Shown here one piece after another: positions 52,421 to 64,000 of a stretch of 64,000 bases of DNA. Numbering within the stretch: position 1 is the first letter of the stretch; every line of letters begins with the position of its first letter. The stretch is from contig JAUZTB010000002.1 of assembly GCA_034780895.1 (NCBI GenBank), positions 56,368,217-56,432,216 on the forward strand, given 5' to 3'. The stretch is from Rhynchobatus australiae (taxonomy: Eukaryota). A program made the translations under genes and the position numbers. Below the pieces are notes generated by a model, which was not told the DNA's origin, did not search any database, and saw nothing but the letters and a program-made list of their open reading frames with translations.

Positions 52421-54519
52421 AACATTAATTTTGGAATGAATAAGGTGACATTGAAACAGACTCAACTTCCAAAAGTGCGTTATTTTTAATTCTCTCAGCA
52501 CTTATTATTTTCAATTTGAAAAATTTAAAATCTAGGACCCTTCCAGACAGCCAATTATACCACTGAAAATCAATGACCTCATTTAATAAACAAGAATTGG
52601 CCAGGATTGTGAAACAGGTAAATGCAAATATGTCCTTAACTGCACCATATGCATAAAGCTTAGTTTACTTGCACATCGTCACAGCAAAAATAAAAGCAAT
52701 AAATCATCTCAATGATATCAATTCTCACAGGACTTTGATAGGAATAATCAAAGCGGCATGTTGATTTGCAGATCTGTATCAAAATTACTTTCAAATAGTC
52801 CATGCCAACTGTGTAAATGAAACTGCACCGACTACAAACCTTGCAATAATTCTGGATCCAAGTATCACAATCTTTTAAATTGAAATATTACTATTAGACA
52901 GTTATATTATGAGAGAATAAAAGAGTAAAGAAAGCAAAAACAAGGACAACAATCAATACTTACATGATTCAACCAAAAATATTTCTAAATACATAGGTAG
53001 TAAATTTTATGAAGTTACTTCAAACATCAACGTTTCTGAAATTCAATTTATACCAATAAACTTATAAAACTATATTATGCGAGAGAGTAAGAAAAGGAAT
53101 TATCAGGCAACTAATGATTCTCAGAAATTTTACAATAGATGATAAATATTAAATGATTACTGTTGTTTTCATTGTGGATAAAAGTGCAGAAACAGTGACA
53201 CAGTAAGCTAAACCTAAAGAGAAGAACTTAACAGAATTATTAATCAAAATGATAATGTGGTAAAATGATTGGACTTAAACATACTTCAAGAACCCAAAAA
53301 TGTCTATGTCAGAATAATAAAATAAACAGGATGGATTGATCACAAATTTTCCAATCACCTCCATATTCAGTTAATGGACTTAAGGATTAGAAACTGCAAA
53401 TGTCATTCTATTATTTAACTTCAAGGTAAAAAAAAAAATAGGTAATTTNNNNNNNNNNNNNNNNNNNNNNNNNNNNNNNNNNNNNNNNNNNNNNNNNNNN
53501 NNNNNNNNNNNNNNNNNNNNNNNNNNNNNNNNNNNNNNNNNNNNNNNNTGCAAATGTCATTCTATTATTTAACTTCAAGGTAAAAAAAAAAATAGGTAAT
53601 TTCAGTTCTGAAGAAAATACTGAGTGTTACTGAGCATTTGGGCAAGTTAATCAAACAAAGTTAGCATGGATTTGTAAAGAGAAGGTTACTGAATTCTTGA
53701 AGTTCAATGCCAATGGATAGAAGATAATCCATGGATTCTGATCATATAAATATCCAGAAAACATTAGATAAACTTCTCTACAAAAGATTATAAATCAATA
53801 ATAAAAAAAATCATAAAATTGAAGAAAACCTTGTGATATGCCAGACTCTTAAGTTTAATCATTTTTAGGATGAAAGATGGAGACTCAGAATAAAAGATTG
53901 TTTTCTAATTTACAGAGTGCACCACAAGCACTATAGCTTGGAAAAAGAAATAACTAATCACATATCTAGCAGATGAATTAGGAGGCAAAAGTGCCAATGC
54001 TAAATTGCCTAGGGTCATTTTAAAAAATATATATGCTGGCAACGGCCAATGACAATGGCCAACTCTCAATTCAATACTGAAGTAAAGTTTCTGCAAACAT
54101 TTCCAACCTGTACATATTCTACAAAGTATTATCAGATCTTCTGTTGCTTAATCAATGGTCCTTAAAGTTACTAGGGAGAAGTCAGAGTGTTTGTTTAGTA
54201 GTGTTGAACAGAACCAGAGTGCCATCTCTAGCTCAATGAAATAGCAATGAGCTTTTGCTGCCTGCCCTTGCCTTTCCCCATCAATCATCCATCAATGTAC
54301 CTATGACCTGTTATACCAGCCAAAATTGGTTAAGATCAACAGGTCTCATTTGACTTGAGCCCAAAGTTTGCTGAATCACGATAAATCCCAAGGGAAAATT
54401 TAGGGCATTCTTTATTCTGGCATGCCTTCATTGTGTCATCAGAAACATTTTAGGGTTAGCATAATAGTGAACTTGGGCCTTAAGTAGTATAGATAGACAA
54501 AGAAATTAAAATGGAATAG

Positions 54520-54770
54520 AGTAGAAAATGCTAGAAATAGTCAGCAGGTCTTGGGGGTTGGGTGGAGGGAGAAACAGAGGAAACTCCAGATCAGAATTAG
54601 CAAAAGCTAGAAACTGAGCACATTTTAAGTTGCAGAGAAAGGGTAGGGGTGGAAAGGATAAAAGAAGTGTCCATGATGGTGCAGAAACCAAGAGTATATT
54701 TGTATTTTCAGCATTCTCTGATCTTACTTGAGATTTCCAGCAATTGTGTTTTGTTTTTATTTCCAATTAC
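54520..54770. mobile_element. Decayed palindromic PLE-derived repeat
   Basis: GAAAATGCTAGAAATAGTCAGCAGGTC ... TGTATTTTCAGCATTCTC..AGATTTCCAGCA. Confidence 0.5.
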
Positions 54771-56127
54771 AAAGGAAGAATCTAAGTGGGTGTAACAAAG
54801 TGTAGCAAGTGACATTCAGCACGAGGAGACATGAGAAAATTAATATCTGAAGAGATAAATTACAATTAAAGAAATAAAACAAAAATAAGGAGAGACTGGG
54901 AGTTGTGATGGAGTAATAGTATTTACATATTCATGTGCACAAATCATTAACAGCTAATGCACAGGGTCCAAAAAATCAAAAGGGTTAATTGAATGCTTGC
55001 ATTATTTGCATGGGCTTGGGATACAAAAGTAAGGAAGTGATACTTAAGCCATGCATATCTTTAATAGATCCCATCTGGAGTTTTGGGCACCAACCTCAGG
55101 GAAGATTTATTGACCTTAGAAAGGTTACAGCATGGATTCAGCAGAATACAATACAAATTATAATTCAGGTGATATACTGTATGTGTGGTTTGTAATCACT
55201 GAAATTCAATAGTTTATGGAGTCATCTTATTGGAGGATTTTTAATGATACAGCTTTTCAACAGGAAACCTGGGGGAAAGAACTATACAGCTAATCCAGAA
55301 AAGAGATGAAAATGTTAAAATCAGAGCTGCACCAGCTAAAATGGATCAGAAATAATTTTTCCCCCACAAAACGTTCCCTGTAAACAAAATAAACCCAAGC
55401 TATTACTGCACGGTGGTTTCACGCCAGCCAAGCCCCTCTCTGACCTCGAACCACTTCATTGGATTTGGAGCAGGACCAACACAGTTTCCAGCTTCATAGA
55501 ATGAAAAGNNNNNNNNNNNNNNNNNNNNNNNNNNNNNNNNNNNNNNNNNNNNNNNNNNNNNNNNNNNNNNNNNNNNNNNNNNNNNNNNNNNNNNNNNNNN
55601 NNNNNNNNGATTTATTATTTTCAGCACACCACTCGTGGTGTGACATTTGAAATATTTATTTCTTGCACCCAGTTCTACCCTCTGTGCATTAAACCAAACC
55701 AGATGCAATTTCTGTGATAATTCTCATTTTCAACACCAATTTATTTCTGTGTGAATTAGTCATAATTAACAAGATGGTCTAAAGATAAATGAAATTGAGA
55801 TATAGCCCAATAAAAAGTTCCAGGAGCTGAGTGCCTACTGCGTTCTTATTAATAATCACGTTAATAGGAGAACCCCTTACTTCAGTACCAATCAATTCCT
55901 CATATTCACTTATCTAATTAGAATATTTCAACAATTGATCCAGTGGTAAGTGTTTAAACAAATGCAATATATTACATAATGAGCACAAGTTAGTGATTTT
56001 CTTCAGTACTTCCAATGGCATAACCACACTAGTGCCACAAAATAAACACTACACCTGGCTACAATGATTATTCCTCATTTCATGGCCAAAAGATTGAAAA
56101 ATCATGAATGAGCTGATTGCCAAATAA

Positions 56128-56404
56128 ACCATAGAACAATACAGCACAATAGAGGCATGTTGGCCCACAATGTTGTGCTGACCTTTAAACCTCGCCTAAG
56201 ACTATCTAACCCCTTCCTCCCACATATCCCTCCATTTTAACTTCCTCCATATGCTTATCTAACAATCTCTTGAACTTGACCAATGTATCAGCCTCCACCA
56301 CAACCCCAGGCAGCGCATTCCATGCACCTACCACTCTCTGGGTGAAAAATCTCCCTCTGACATCTCCCTTGAACTTCCCACCCATTACCTTAAAGCCATA
56401 CCCT
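56128..56404 (-). mobile_element. CR1 LINE 3' end
   Basis: CCATAGAACAATACAGCACAATAGAGGCATGTTGGCCCACAATGTTGTGCTGAC..GGCAGCGCATTCCATGCACCTACCACTCTCTGGGTGAAAAA. Confidence 0.85.
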
Positions 56405-57779
56405 NNNNNNNNNNNNNNNNNNNNNNNNNNNNNNNNNNNNNNNNNNNNNNNNNNNNNNNNNNNNNNNNNNNNNNNNNNNNNNNNNNNNNNNNNNNNNNNN
56501 NNNNCAGTTCAGCAATCTCCTCCCTCGCCTCATGAAGCAGCCTGGGGAATATTCTGTCAAATAATTACAAATTAAATAACCATGGGAAATTAGATTACAG
56601 TCGAACGCCAGGTTACACAAGGGATATGCTCCTGAAAGCACCATTTAAGTTGAAGCTAGGTAATAAGGCATTATGTCAATAGAAAACACGGAGATGGGGA
56701 TCTGGTACTAACATTTGATAAACTGATTTCAAAGGTCATTATAAAAAATAATGGAATTATTAGCCTCAACTATATACTTTTTCACGACATTTGTCCCTGG
56801 CCATCAAGCTTGTTACTGTAGACAAATCACCAGCCTGACAAGAGTTATGCACGAGACAAAGGAAGGAGAGACACCAATTTCTATCACCCCCAACAGCTGA
56901 TGAGAAAGACCGCAGGATCCAAGTGGTTTGTCAACATATGGGTCAGCTGCTACCACTCCCTGCAACACCTGTACTCAATGTGCCAGCTAGTGTGCAGCCC
57001 TGAGTGAATACATCGCTCGGCCTAACTAGCCCAATACCAGCTTTCCTGGGTAGCTTCTCAGCTTGACTGTGATGATTCAATCTTACAGGAGCACCGACAG
57101 AGGGCACAGCTTTATGGCAGATTCCTGGTACGGCAGCATGCAGTAGCAGGGAGGGCAGGGATTCACATCTACAAAAAATGTGAAGCCAGGGACAATGCAA
57201 GTTGAAAAATTTCTCAAATTACACAAAGCACACATACATAGATCAGTTTAAAACACAAAAATGTGTTACTGAGGGTCTGACTGTACAATACAAAAAGAGT
57301 AAGAAATTTCTATAGCACCAAAAGTAAACAAACGCAGTACAAATGATCAGGAATGTCAGTTACAACAGCTGAAGTGTTTGGACAGTGACAGAGTTATTTC
57401 ATCAAGCATTTTAAATCACATATATGAATTTAACATTTTTATGGAATACTGTCACATTACATTGACATTTTTACTCTTGCATAAGGTGTAAGTTACATTT
57501 AAAGTAATCATTTGTAATATTTCAGCAAAATCTCACCTTTCAAAGCCGACTGAAAACACATGAATTTTCTGTATATCCATCACAAGAAACCATATATTAT
57601 GAAACAATGCTTGAAATTCATAATTAAAATCATTGCTATTTGTTCACAGAATTATAAATTATGCCCAATATGAATGGCAGCATAGCATTTCCACATGTTC
57701 AACTGTACTACAATCTAGTGTAATAGAATTTTACTTCATTATTTAAATGTTATGTAATGAGTAAAAAAAAATCACTTAC

Positions 57780-58926
57780 TTTTCATATTCCTCATTGTCT
57801 TTATCACATCTGACATCTTTGTGTTTTTCNNNNNNNNNNNNNNNNNNNNNNNNNNNNNNNNNNNNNNNNNNNNNNNNNNNNNNNNNNNNNNNNNNNNNNN
57901 NNNNNNNNNNNNNNNNNNNNNNNNNNNNNTTTCATATTCCTCATTGTCTTTATCACATCTGACATCTTTGTGTTTTTCCCAGTCCTTCCCGTGTTTACAA
58001 GTGGTTAACAAAATAATATCTTCTCCATTATGTACATGATACAAGGCATTTCTGGTTTCTGAGCCAATGCCAGTTAAGTACCTTTTACCTTTAAAAACCA
58101 GTAAGTATTTTCTTGTGGGTGGCACATTGTTGTACATAAGCCAACCCCTTTCGCCTCCCTTTTGAGCATGCTCTTTGGAAAACAAGGGGATGGATATATC
58201 GAAATTTGATCGGAAGTTATCCATACCAATACTGGCTTTAGCTAACATAGCTTGCCCGATATCAAATCCTAAATCTTCCGTATAATCAGGCCATGTCCCT
58301 GAATACAGATTGAATATAAGATGATTCCTTCCGTCATTCCACAATGGGAGACTCTGAATTTTAGCTTTTACATTATGAACATACTGAAATGAAAGCTGGT
58401 CTCTATCCAAGGTATCAATGCTGAGGATAAACAAACATGCTTGTCTTGGATCTGATGTATAATACCTGGAATCCTCGATAGTAGTAAGGATTTTCTGGTA
58501 ACTTTCAGAAATCTTCTCCCCCTTTTGAAGCGGGTAGATATACACTTTGAATCCGTTTCTTTGGCAGAGAGAGGAATCGAAGCAAGTCTCCATCCTGCAT
58601 TTTCGATTCTTGTAAACGTTCGCCTTGACCTCCCTCTTCTGCCTTGGGGAAAGTCCGGGGTTGAGGCCAAGGTGGGTTGCCCCCTCTTCATCGCTTCGTC
58701 CGTCCTCCGAGCTGAAATAGCTATTCAGTAGGTTTATCCACACGGGCCAGTGGCGTCTGATTGGGACTGAACCCTGGTCTCCGAGATCGTTGTGAAGATG
58801 ATCCGCCGATAATGATGATGAAGATAAATTTGAGGGCGATTGTCGGAACCGCGCTCCTCCCAGGTAGAAAAGCAGCAAAAGACAGGCGCCCAATGACACT
58901 AGAAGATACCTTTTCTTGGCCTGCAT
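57780..58926 (-). CDS. ext1c: First coding exon of an exostosin-1 family heparan sulfate polymerase (GT47 domain); probably the ext1c/EXTL1-lineage paralogue rather than canonical EXT1
   Basis: Translation MQAKKRY + hydrophobic signal anchor, then [102 protein letters not shown]. Ends TAT GAA AA|GTAAGT (phase-2 donor, GT 57779-57778), the position where EXT1 exon 1 ends. Removing the false gap and 49-bp overlap gives 998 nt (332 codons + 2). Family is certain; the paralogue call is less so. Confidence 0.93.
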
Positions 58927-59660
58927 GTGGGCGAGCGGGGGGCCGCTGGCATTTTGCAGAAAGCAAGTGAGGGAAGAAAAAAAAAATTGCACTGGAGTTA
59001 TTTGGTTAGCACAGATAAAAGCAAACTCTCAACTCAATTACGAAAACCTCACATATAAAAAAAAAGTTGTTTCAACGGAAAACATTTCCAGATGGTTGTG
59101 GGAAATTGCCGATTAAAACGTTCCCGTTTGAAAGCCGGTGTTTTGTGACCAACGCGGGGCCTGCGGCTGTGCTGTGTGCGGCTCCGGACCGAGACGGGGG
59201 CAGGAGCAGGGGGTTGCGGTGAAGGCCGGGGCTGTGACCGGGCCCTGGATGGAGTGGGCGCTGGCGATGGGGGCCGGGTTGTGACCGAGGATGCAGCCGA
59301 TGATGGTGCGGGGCCGGGCCTTGGGACGGCACCGGGCTAAGGCCGGAGCCGGGACGGTGCCAGGGCCGGCTGCCCCGCTGCACAGCCCCCTGGCTGAGGT
59401 TGAAGCAGAGCCCCGCCGTCGCCATGTTGAAGCGGTTGCCAAGGCGAGGGACAGCGCTTTATTTCCTGCTGCATCCATCCCTCTGCCCTCATCCCGTGTA
59501 TCCCTCCCCGGCCGGCACTGCCAGCAACAGCCAACGCCGTGCTGCCTGGGCGCCCTGCCGCTTACAGCAGCCAGCAGCCCGGGGCGGATTACTCCCCCAC
59601 TGCTATGGCATCCTCAGGAATACAAGCAGCTTAATGTGCCCCAGCTCGGCCCCCGTGTAT
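58600..59660. promoter_or_regulatory. CpG island over the start codon and 5' leader
   Basis: Abrupt rise in GC and CpG density, strongest at 59150-59660, against a CpG-poor AT-rich background. Confidence 0.75.
58899..58952 (-). promoter_or_regulatory. Out-of-frame upstream ORF overlapping the main start codon ([17 protein letters not shown])
   Basis: AAAATGC context, ATG at 58952 (26 nt upstream of the main ATG, different frame), stop TAG inside the CDS. Confidence 0.45.
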
Positions 59661-60249
59661 CCCATCAGCACAAATAAACAAAACTGGGGGAAACGTTAAA
59701 AATGACAACAAAATTACACTATATAGCTTCCTTATGGAAGCACAGACCCCTTAAAATGTTCACTGCTATAGTACTTCCATGTAATAATTACTTCTTTTAT
59801 AATTGCATTTTTTTTACTGAGTACCTGGATCTAGTCTGGGGGTTACAGTGCAGGAACCTGTCATCAGGAACAACTTTTTCCCTTCTTCATTCTTCTACTC
59901 TTTGAGATGCCGATAGTCATCCTGCGTGCATTTGTGGGCGTTTTATGGTCGTTTAAGTTGCTAGTGTCTTTTTTGCTGGCCGTCATGTGAAATAGTCAAT
60001 ATCCTTGATTTTATTTATTTTCAATTATTCAAACCTATGCTGTCGTCGGGGGCGAAGCCAAGGTGACTATCCACACAGGAAACATTGTTTTCCTTTCGCC
60101 CTCTGATCTAGCTGCAGACTTGTGAGAAGTGAAAATATTTTCATTCACGTGAAAAACGCAAAATATTTGCTTTCGAAGAAAGAAACATTATTCGCTTTTT
60201 TTTAAATAAAAGTTCCTCTTCTCAACCGTCAGTGATAAAAGTCCTCATT

Positions 60250-61070
60250 TTGTTAACAGCACAGGTTGGGAGTAGGTGGAAAGTCCTGCGAGCAGAACGT
60301 GGAATAAAATGATCGCTGCTTTTCCGAAACCAATGAAACTCTTTCAACTTTCAAAGCCTCGGTCGGTTTCCAACAACTCCTGCCATACCTTTCGTGTGCG
60401 ACTAAGCAGCCGAGCAAGTGTGCAGAGTGTGTGAGAAAGCCATCAGCGCCAACAGCGACCCTGTCTCCCGGGGCTCCGGTGCATTGAAGCGTATAAGACG
60501 CCGTTATGTTCACTGTCTCTCTCGGAATTTCTTCCTTTCAGTCGCTTTCTTTCATTGAAACAAGAGCGGAGCCACAGCCACAAAATACTGCAGAGAGTGA
60601 CTCGTCCAACCTTTGCGTGTAGAAATCCCTCGCTTGCTCTTTTTGCTGGCTTTTTGTTTTGCCCGGGATGAAAGCTGTGCAGTTGATTCAGTGAGTGGCT
60701 CTCAATGCCCCGGCTGCGAGCCTCCCCTTCCCTTCCCTTCTTCCTTCCCTCCCTCCTCACACTGGCTCCGACTCCAGACCAGACTCTCGGCTCACGCTAA
60801 TCCAACTTGATAGCGGCATTTCCGTGCCGCCCCATTCCCTCTCTCGGATTGGCTGGGATAATCACAGTTTTTGCGAAACCCCCTGGTGTGATTCGACAAC
60901 CTTGACGTCAATCACCGGTACCAGTTTTTTTTTTGCCCCCGCGCACGCGCACCACGCAATCCATGGGCGGCTGAGGAGGGCAGCGGCGTCACTCCATCCC
61001 CGCCCCCGCCACCTTTGCGGTTTTAAGGGGTAGGTACTCGCTTGTCATTTCGTCGCTTTCCGTGTAAAGT
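60250..61070 (-). promoter_or_regulatory. Upstream CpG island and probable promoter of the EXT1-family gene
   Basis: CpG-rich. CCAAT on the minus strand (ATTGG 60848-60852), perfect CRE TGACGTCA 60903-60910, NRF1-like GCGCACGCGC 60941-60950, GC boxes GGGCGG 60965-60970 and CCCCGCCCCCGCC 60998-61010. No clear TATA box. The TSS cannot be placed from sequence. Confidence 0.65.
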
Positions 61071-61261
61071 GACAGAATCCAAAAGCTGGCAATTAAGGGA
61101 CCATCTGCAACGGTAGATATAGCTTGGTCAATTATAACAGTTTTAGCAATCAGGAGTCCAACTGAATTAGTTCAGCGCAGATTCAGAGGAGATTTTAAGA
61201 TGACACAAAATTAGGAGAAAATATGCATTTGGAAGTGGTATCTCAAAAATTATCCCTGATG

Positions 61262-61420
61262 TTAACAGAAAAAGTGCTGGAAATGCTGAATAGGCCCAGC
61301 AGCATCTCTGGAGAGAGAACAACAGAGGTACTGATGAAAGTTTACCAACTTGAAACCTTGACATTTTTTCTCCATCCACAGATACTGCAGCCGTTTCCTG
61401 TTATTTTCAGATTTTCAGCC
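61262..61420. mobile_element. PLE-derived palindromic repeat with a damaged hammerhead core on +
   Basis: AAGTGCTGGAAATGCTGAATAGGCCCAGCAGCATC left arm; CTGATGA AAGTT TACC AACTT GAAA CCTTG at 61331-61360. Confidence 0.6.
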
Positions 61421-64000
61421 TTCTGAAGTACAGAGATGATTTGTTTGGGCGAGGAGCATAATGAATTAGGACATGATACATTAGTTGTCAGAAATCAAGC
61501 TAATGAAAATTATTGCAACTGATGGAAAGCGCGATTTAAGGTACTACATATTGAAAACAAAAAGAGGCGAGGTGTACACTTCAAGAATAATACAGAAGTA
61601 ACAAATAATGATTTGGAGTCTTTGCATTCTTATTGTCAAACATATGAAGCTGGCAAAATAAAACCTATATAAAGGGAAAATGCTGGAAACACTCAAACGG
61701 TCAAGGGTCATCAATAAACCCATTTGAGTGTTGAAATGCAAAAATTAAGACATAAAATTTAAGTCAGTGGGGGGCATGATGAAGTTACATATTCTAGCGC
61801 CCTGGTAAGACTGCAGCTTCAATATTACATCCAGGTCTGAATGCAATAAACAAGGAATGCATTCAAGCATTGTGTAGGGAAAAAAAGCACAAGGCAGTCG
61901 CTATTAACAGAGCTCTAAACTATCATGAAATACAGGAAAACTGAAGCTTTCAGTCCTGGAGGGAGATGAAAGATACTTATCTTATAGAATTATACAGGAT
62001 TCTTTAAAAACATGTATAAAATTGTTTAAAACTAAACCGAGAGTCCTAAATCCTAAACTAATTTAAGAAGCGAATGCGTTCATGTGATCTTGTGAAATAA
62101 AGCCAGTCTGGAAAAGAATCAAAGTCATGTCAGTATCTGAAGGATAACAGTATTTCAAGTGGAGGAAATAGTTCATCTGAACTTAATCTATAATTAATGC
62201 AAATATAGATGAACAAATACATTTAAAATAAAGAGGAATATGTCATCTACAAACCTTAAAATAGCAATCGGNNNNNNNNNNNNNNNNNNNNNNNNNNNNN
62301 NNNNNNNNNNNNNNNNNNNNNNNNNNNNNNNNNNNNNNNNNNNNNNNNNNNNNNNNNNNNNNNNNNNNNNNCATCTACAAACCTTAAAATAGCAATCGGA
62401 CGGGGGAGGGGCTGTTCACTGGGACTAATATTGGACATTAGTAGCGAGGATATCCGTGAAAGAAAGACGAAACAACAATATGCGACAAGAAGTGTGTACT
62501 TCAGTGCTTCATAGCCAATTATTAATTCAAAGAATATGCCATGCTGTTCTGTCGGAACTCAGTTTGTGCATACCGCAATTCACAAACAGCAATGAAACAA
62601 CTTACTAGTTAATACGTTTAATAGAGCTTTATATACAAGTCCTGGCCCCTTCACTTTGTTGAATATATCACCTCTTAAAATATGTCAAATAGATATTATT
62701 AACTTGAATTTGGAAGCAGCACAAATTATTAAAATTTGATGATGATGATGAGACCAGACTAAATTGGGAAGTGGAACAGAAAGAACCAGCTCAGAAATTA
62801 TAAATAGAGTNNNNNNNNNNNNNNNNNNNNNNNNNNNNNNNNNNNNNNNNNNNNNNNNNNNNNNNNNNNNNNNNNNNNNNNNNNNNNNNNNNNNNNNNNN
62901 NNNNNNNNNNNNNNNNNNNNNNNNNNNNNNNNNNNNNNNNNNNNNNNNNNNATTTAGAAAAACGTAGTGTATGGCTTGTTGGGTGGGGGGGGGATGATCA
63001 ACTCACTTTATGAATTGTATTGAAATAATTAAGACTGAAACAAAAATAACTGGAATTAGATTCAATACAACATGCTAATAATCAATATAGAGTAGAAGAC
63101 TGAAGGTGCGCTGTAACCGTCAAATAGAGCAGACTGTGGTTAAACTACATAGAACTCTGGCCAAACAGCGCCTTCAGAATTATGTTTACTCTGGTTATTG
63201 AGAAACAGGGGATACATTCAAGCACTGAAAGCATGGCAGAGAAGAGCCACGAGACTGATTCCCAGTTTAAAAAAAAAGACGTGAGTCATCAGGCAAGAGA
63301 AAATCGGGGCTTTTATCCTGGATGGGAGATTCGGGCGGAGACTGACTACACAGACCAGAAAGTTAAGGAAGAGTATGACAAAGCCAAAATATTGACTTGG
63401 TAGAGAGTGGTTCGAAATAAGAAATTGTTAAGACTAATTTTAGGACCTTCTCTCTCATGTAAAATATGATCAACAGGGTGGAATGAAATTCCAAAGAAAA
63501 CTGTGGAAATGAAAATTATGGGATACGTTAACATTTTGATTTGGGATGGGGACACTCGTGGATTTCTATAAATGGTTTGAATGTTTATGGCTCTTTGAGA
63601 TATTTTTACGATAGGGATGCTCAGCGTCTTTTCCCACACAGGGCTCCGAAAGTATCTCGAATGCAGGATAGTCATTTGTCATCAGAGCAAACTCTCGACA
63701 AGTCAAATTTGGATTTCTGTGGCGAGGTGGAATTCTCATTAGCTTTCGGTTGGCTTTCATTGGTTTTCGCAGACTATTTTTCGACGCGCAATATGATTTT
63801 CAATCATTTTGGGCGCAATATGATTCATAAAATTACTTTGAAAGTTCCCAAATATTACAATTAATTTATTTAATATGCCCTTAATGCATACAGGTCAGTT
63901 CGAAACTTCTCTTCCCACAGACGTAGCCTGAACTGCAGAGTACCTCCAGCATTTTCTGTTTTTGTTTAAAATACGAATGAACTCGGGAAAAAAAATGTAT

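Larger units (their letters stand above)
1..57779 (-). other. Intron 1 of the EXT1-family gene (runs off the left end of the window)
   Basis: Starts with GTAAGT after the coding exon. No sequence for the expected next exon (YDY..[22 protein letters not shown]) was seen in the ORF track or by eye, though a short exon could be missed. Very large first introns are typical of EXT1 genes. Confidence 0.75.

Noticed and set aside
58927-58992. 22-aa N-terminal extension MQFFFSS.. in the ORF track
   Set aside because: Starts at a GTG and crosses a T run; family homology begins at MQAKKRY (58926).
59072-59699. Several 100-128 aa Pro/Ala/Gly/Arg-rich ORFs on both strands
   Set aside because: Expected from stop-poor GC-rich island DNA; no recognisable domain.
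61331-61360. CTGATGA-stem-GAAA hammerhead-like motif on +
   Set aside because: The stem III palindrome is broken (GAAACCTT) and the stem I partner is missing; treated as a dead PLE remnant.
1-64000. CRISPR arrays, operons or other prokaryotic systems
   Set aside because: No regularly spaced repeats or dense coding; the window is eukaryotic intron and promoter DNA.

Overview
Repeat-rich vertebrate genomic DNA, most likely from a cartilaginous fish (shark/ray), judged from the CR1, V-SINE, Deu-SINE, Rex1 and Penelope repeat mix. The only supportable host coding sequence is the large first coding exon of an exostosin-1 family glycosyltransferase on the minus strand (ATG at 58926, GT donor at 57779-57778), probably the ext1c/EXTL1-type paralogue. 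It sits under a two-part CpG island with CRE, CCAAT and GC boxes near 60.8-61.0 kb. Bases 1 to about 57.8 kb appear to be intron 1 (no exon 2 found by eye), filled with decayed LINEs (CR1, Rex1, L2, RTE, L1, Tx1), SINEs, solo LTRs and Penelope-like element (PLE) pieces. Highlights: a minimal hammerhead ribozyme with a complete catalytic core in a PLE repeat on the gene's sense strand (7046-7086); palindromic PLE-derived units; host DNA copied into the 5' junctions of two CR1 insertions; a solo-LTR family with 4-bp TSDs and a 37-bp micro-inversion; an overlapping uORF at the start codon; and several false 100-N gaps, one inside the coding exon. Repeat family names come from recalled consensus motifs, not database searches, and most repeat boundaries are approximate.
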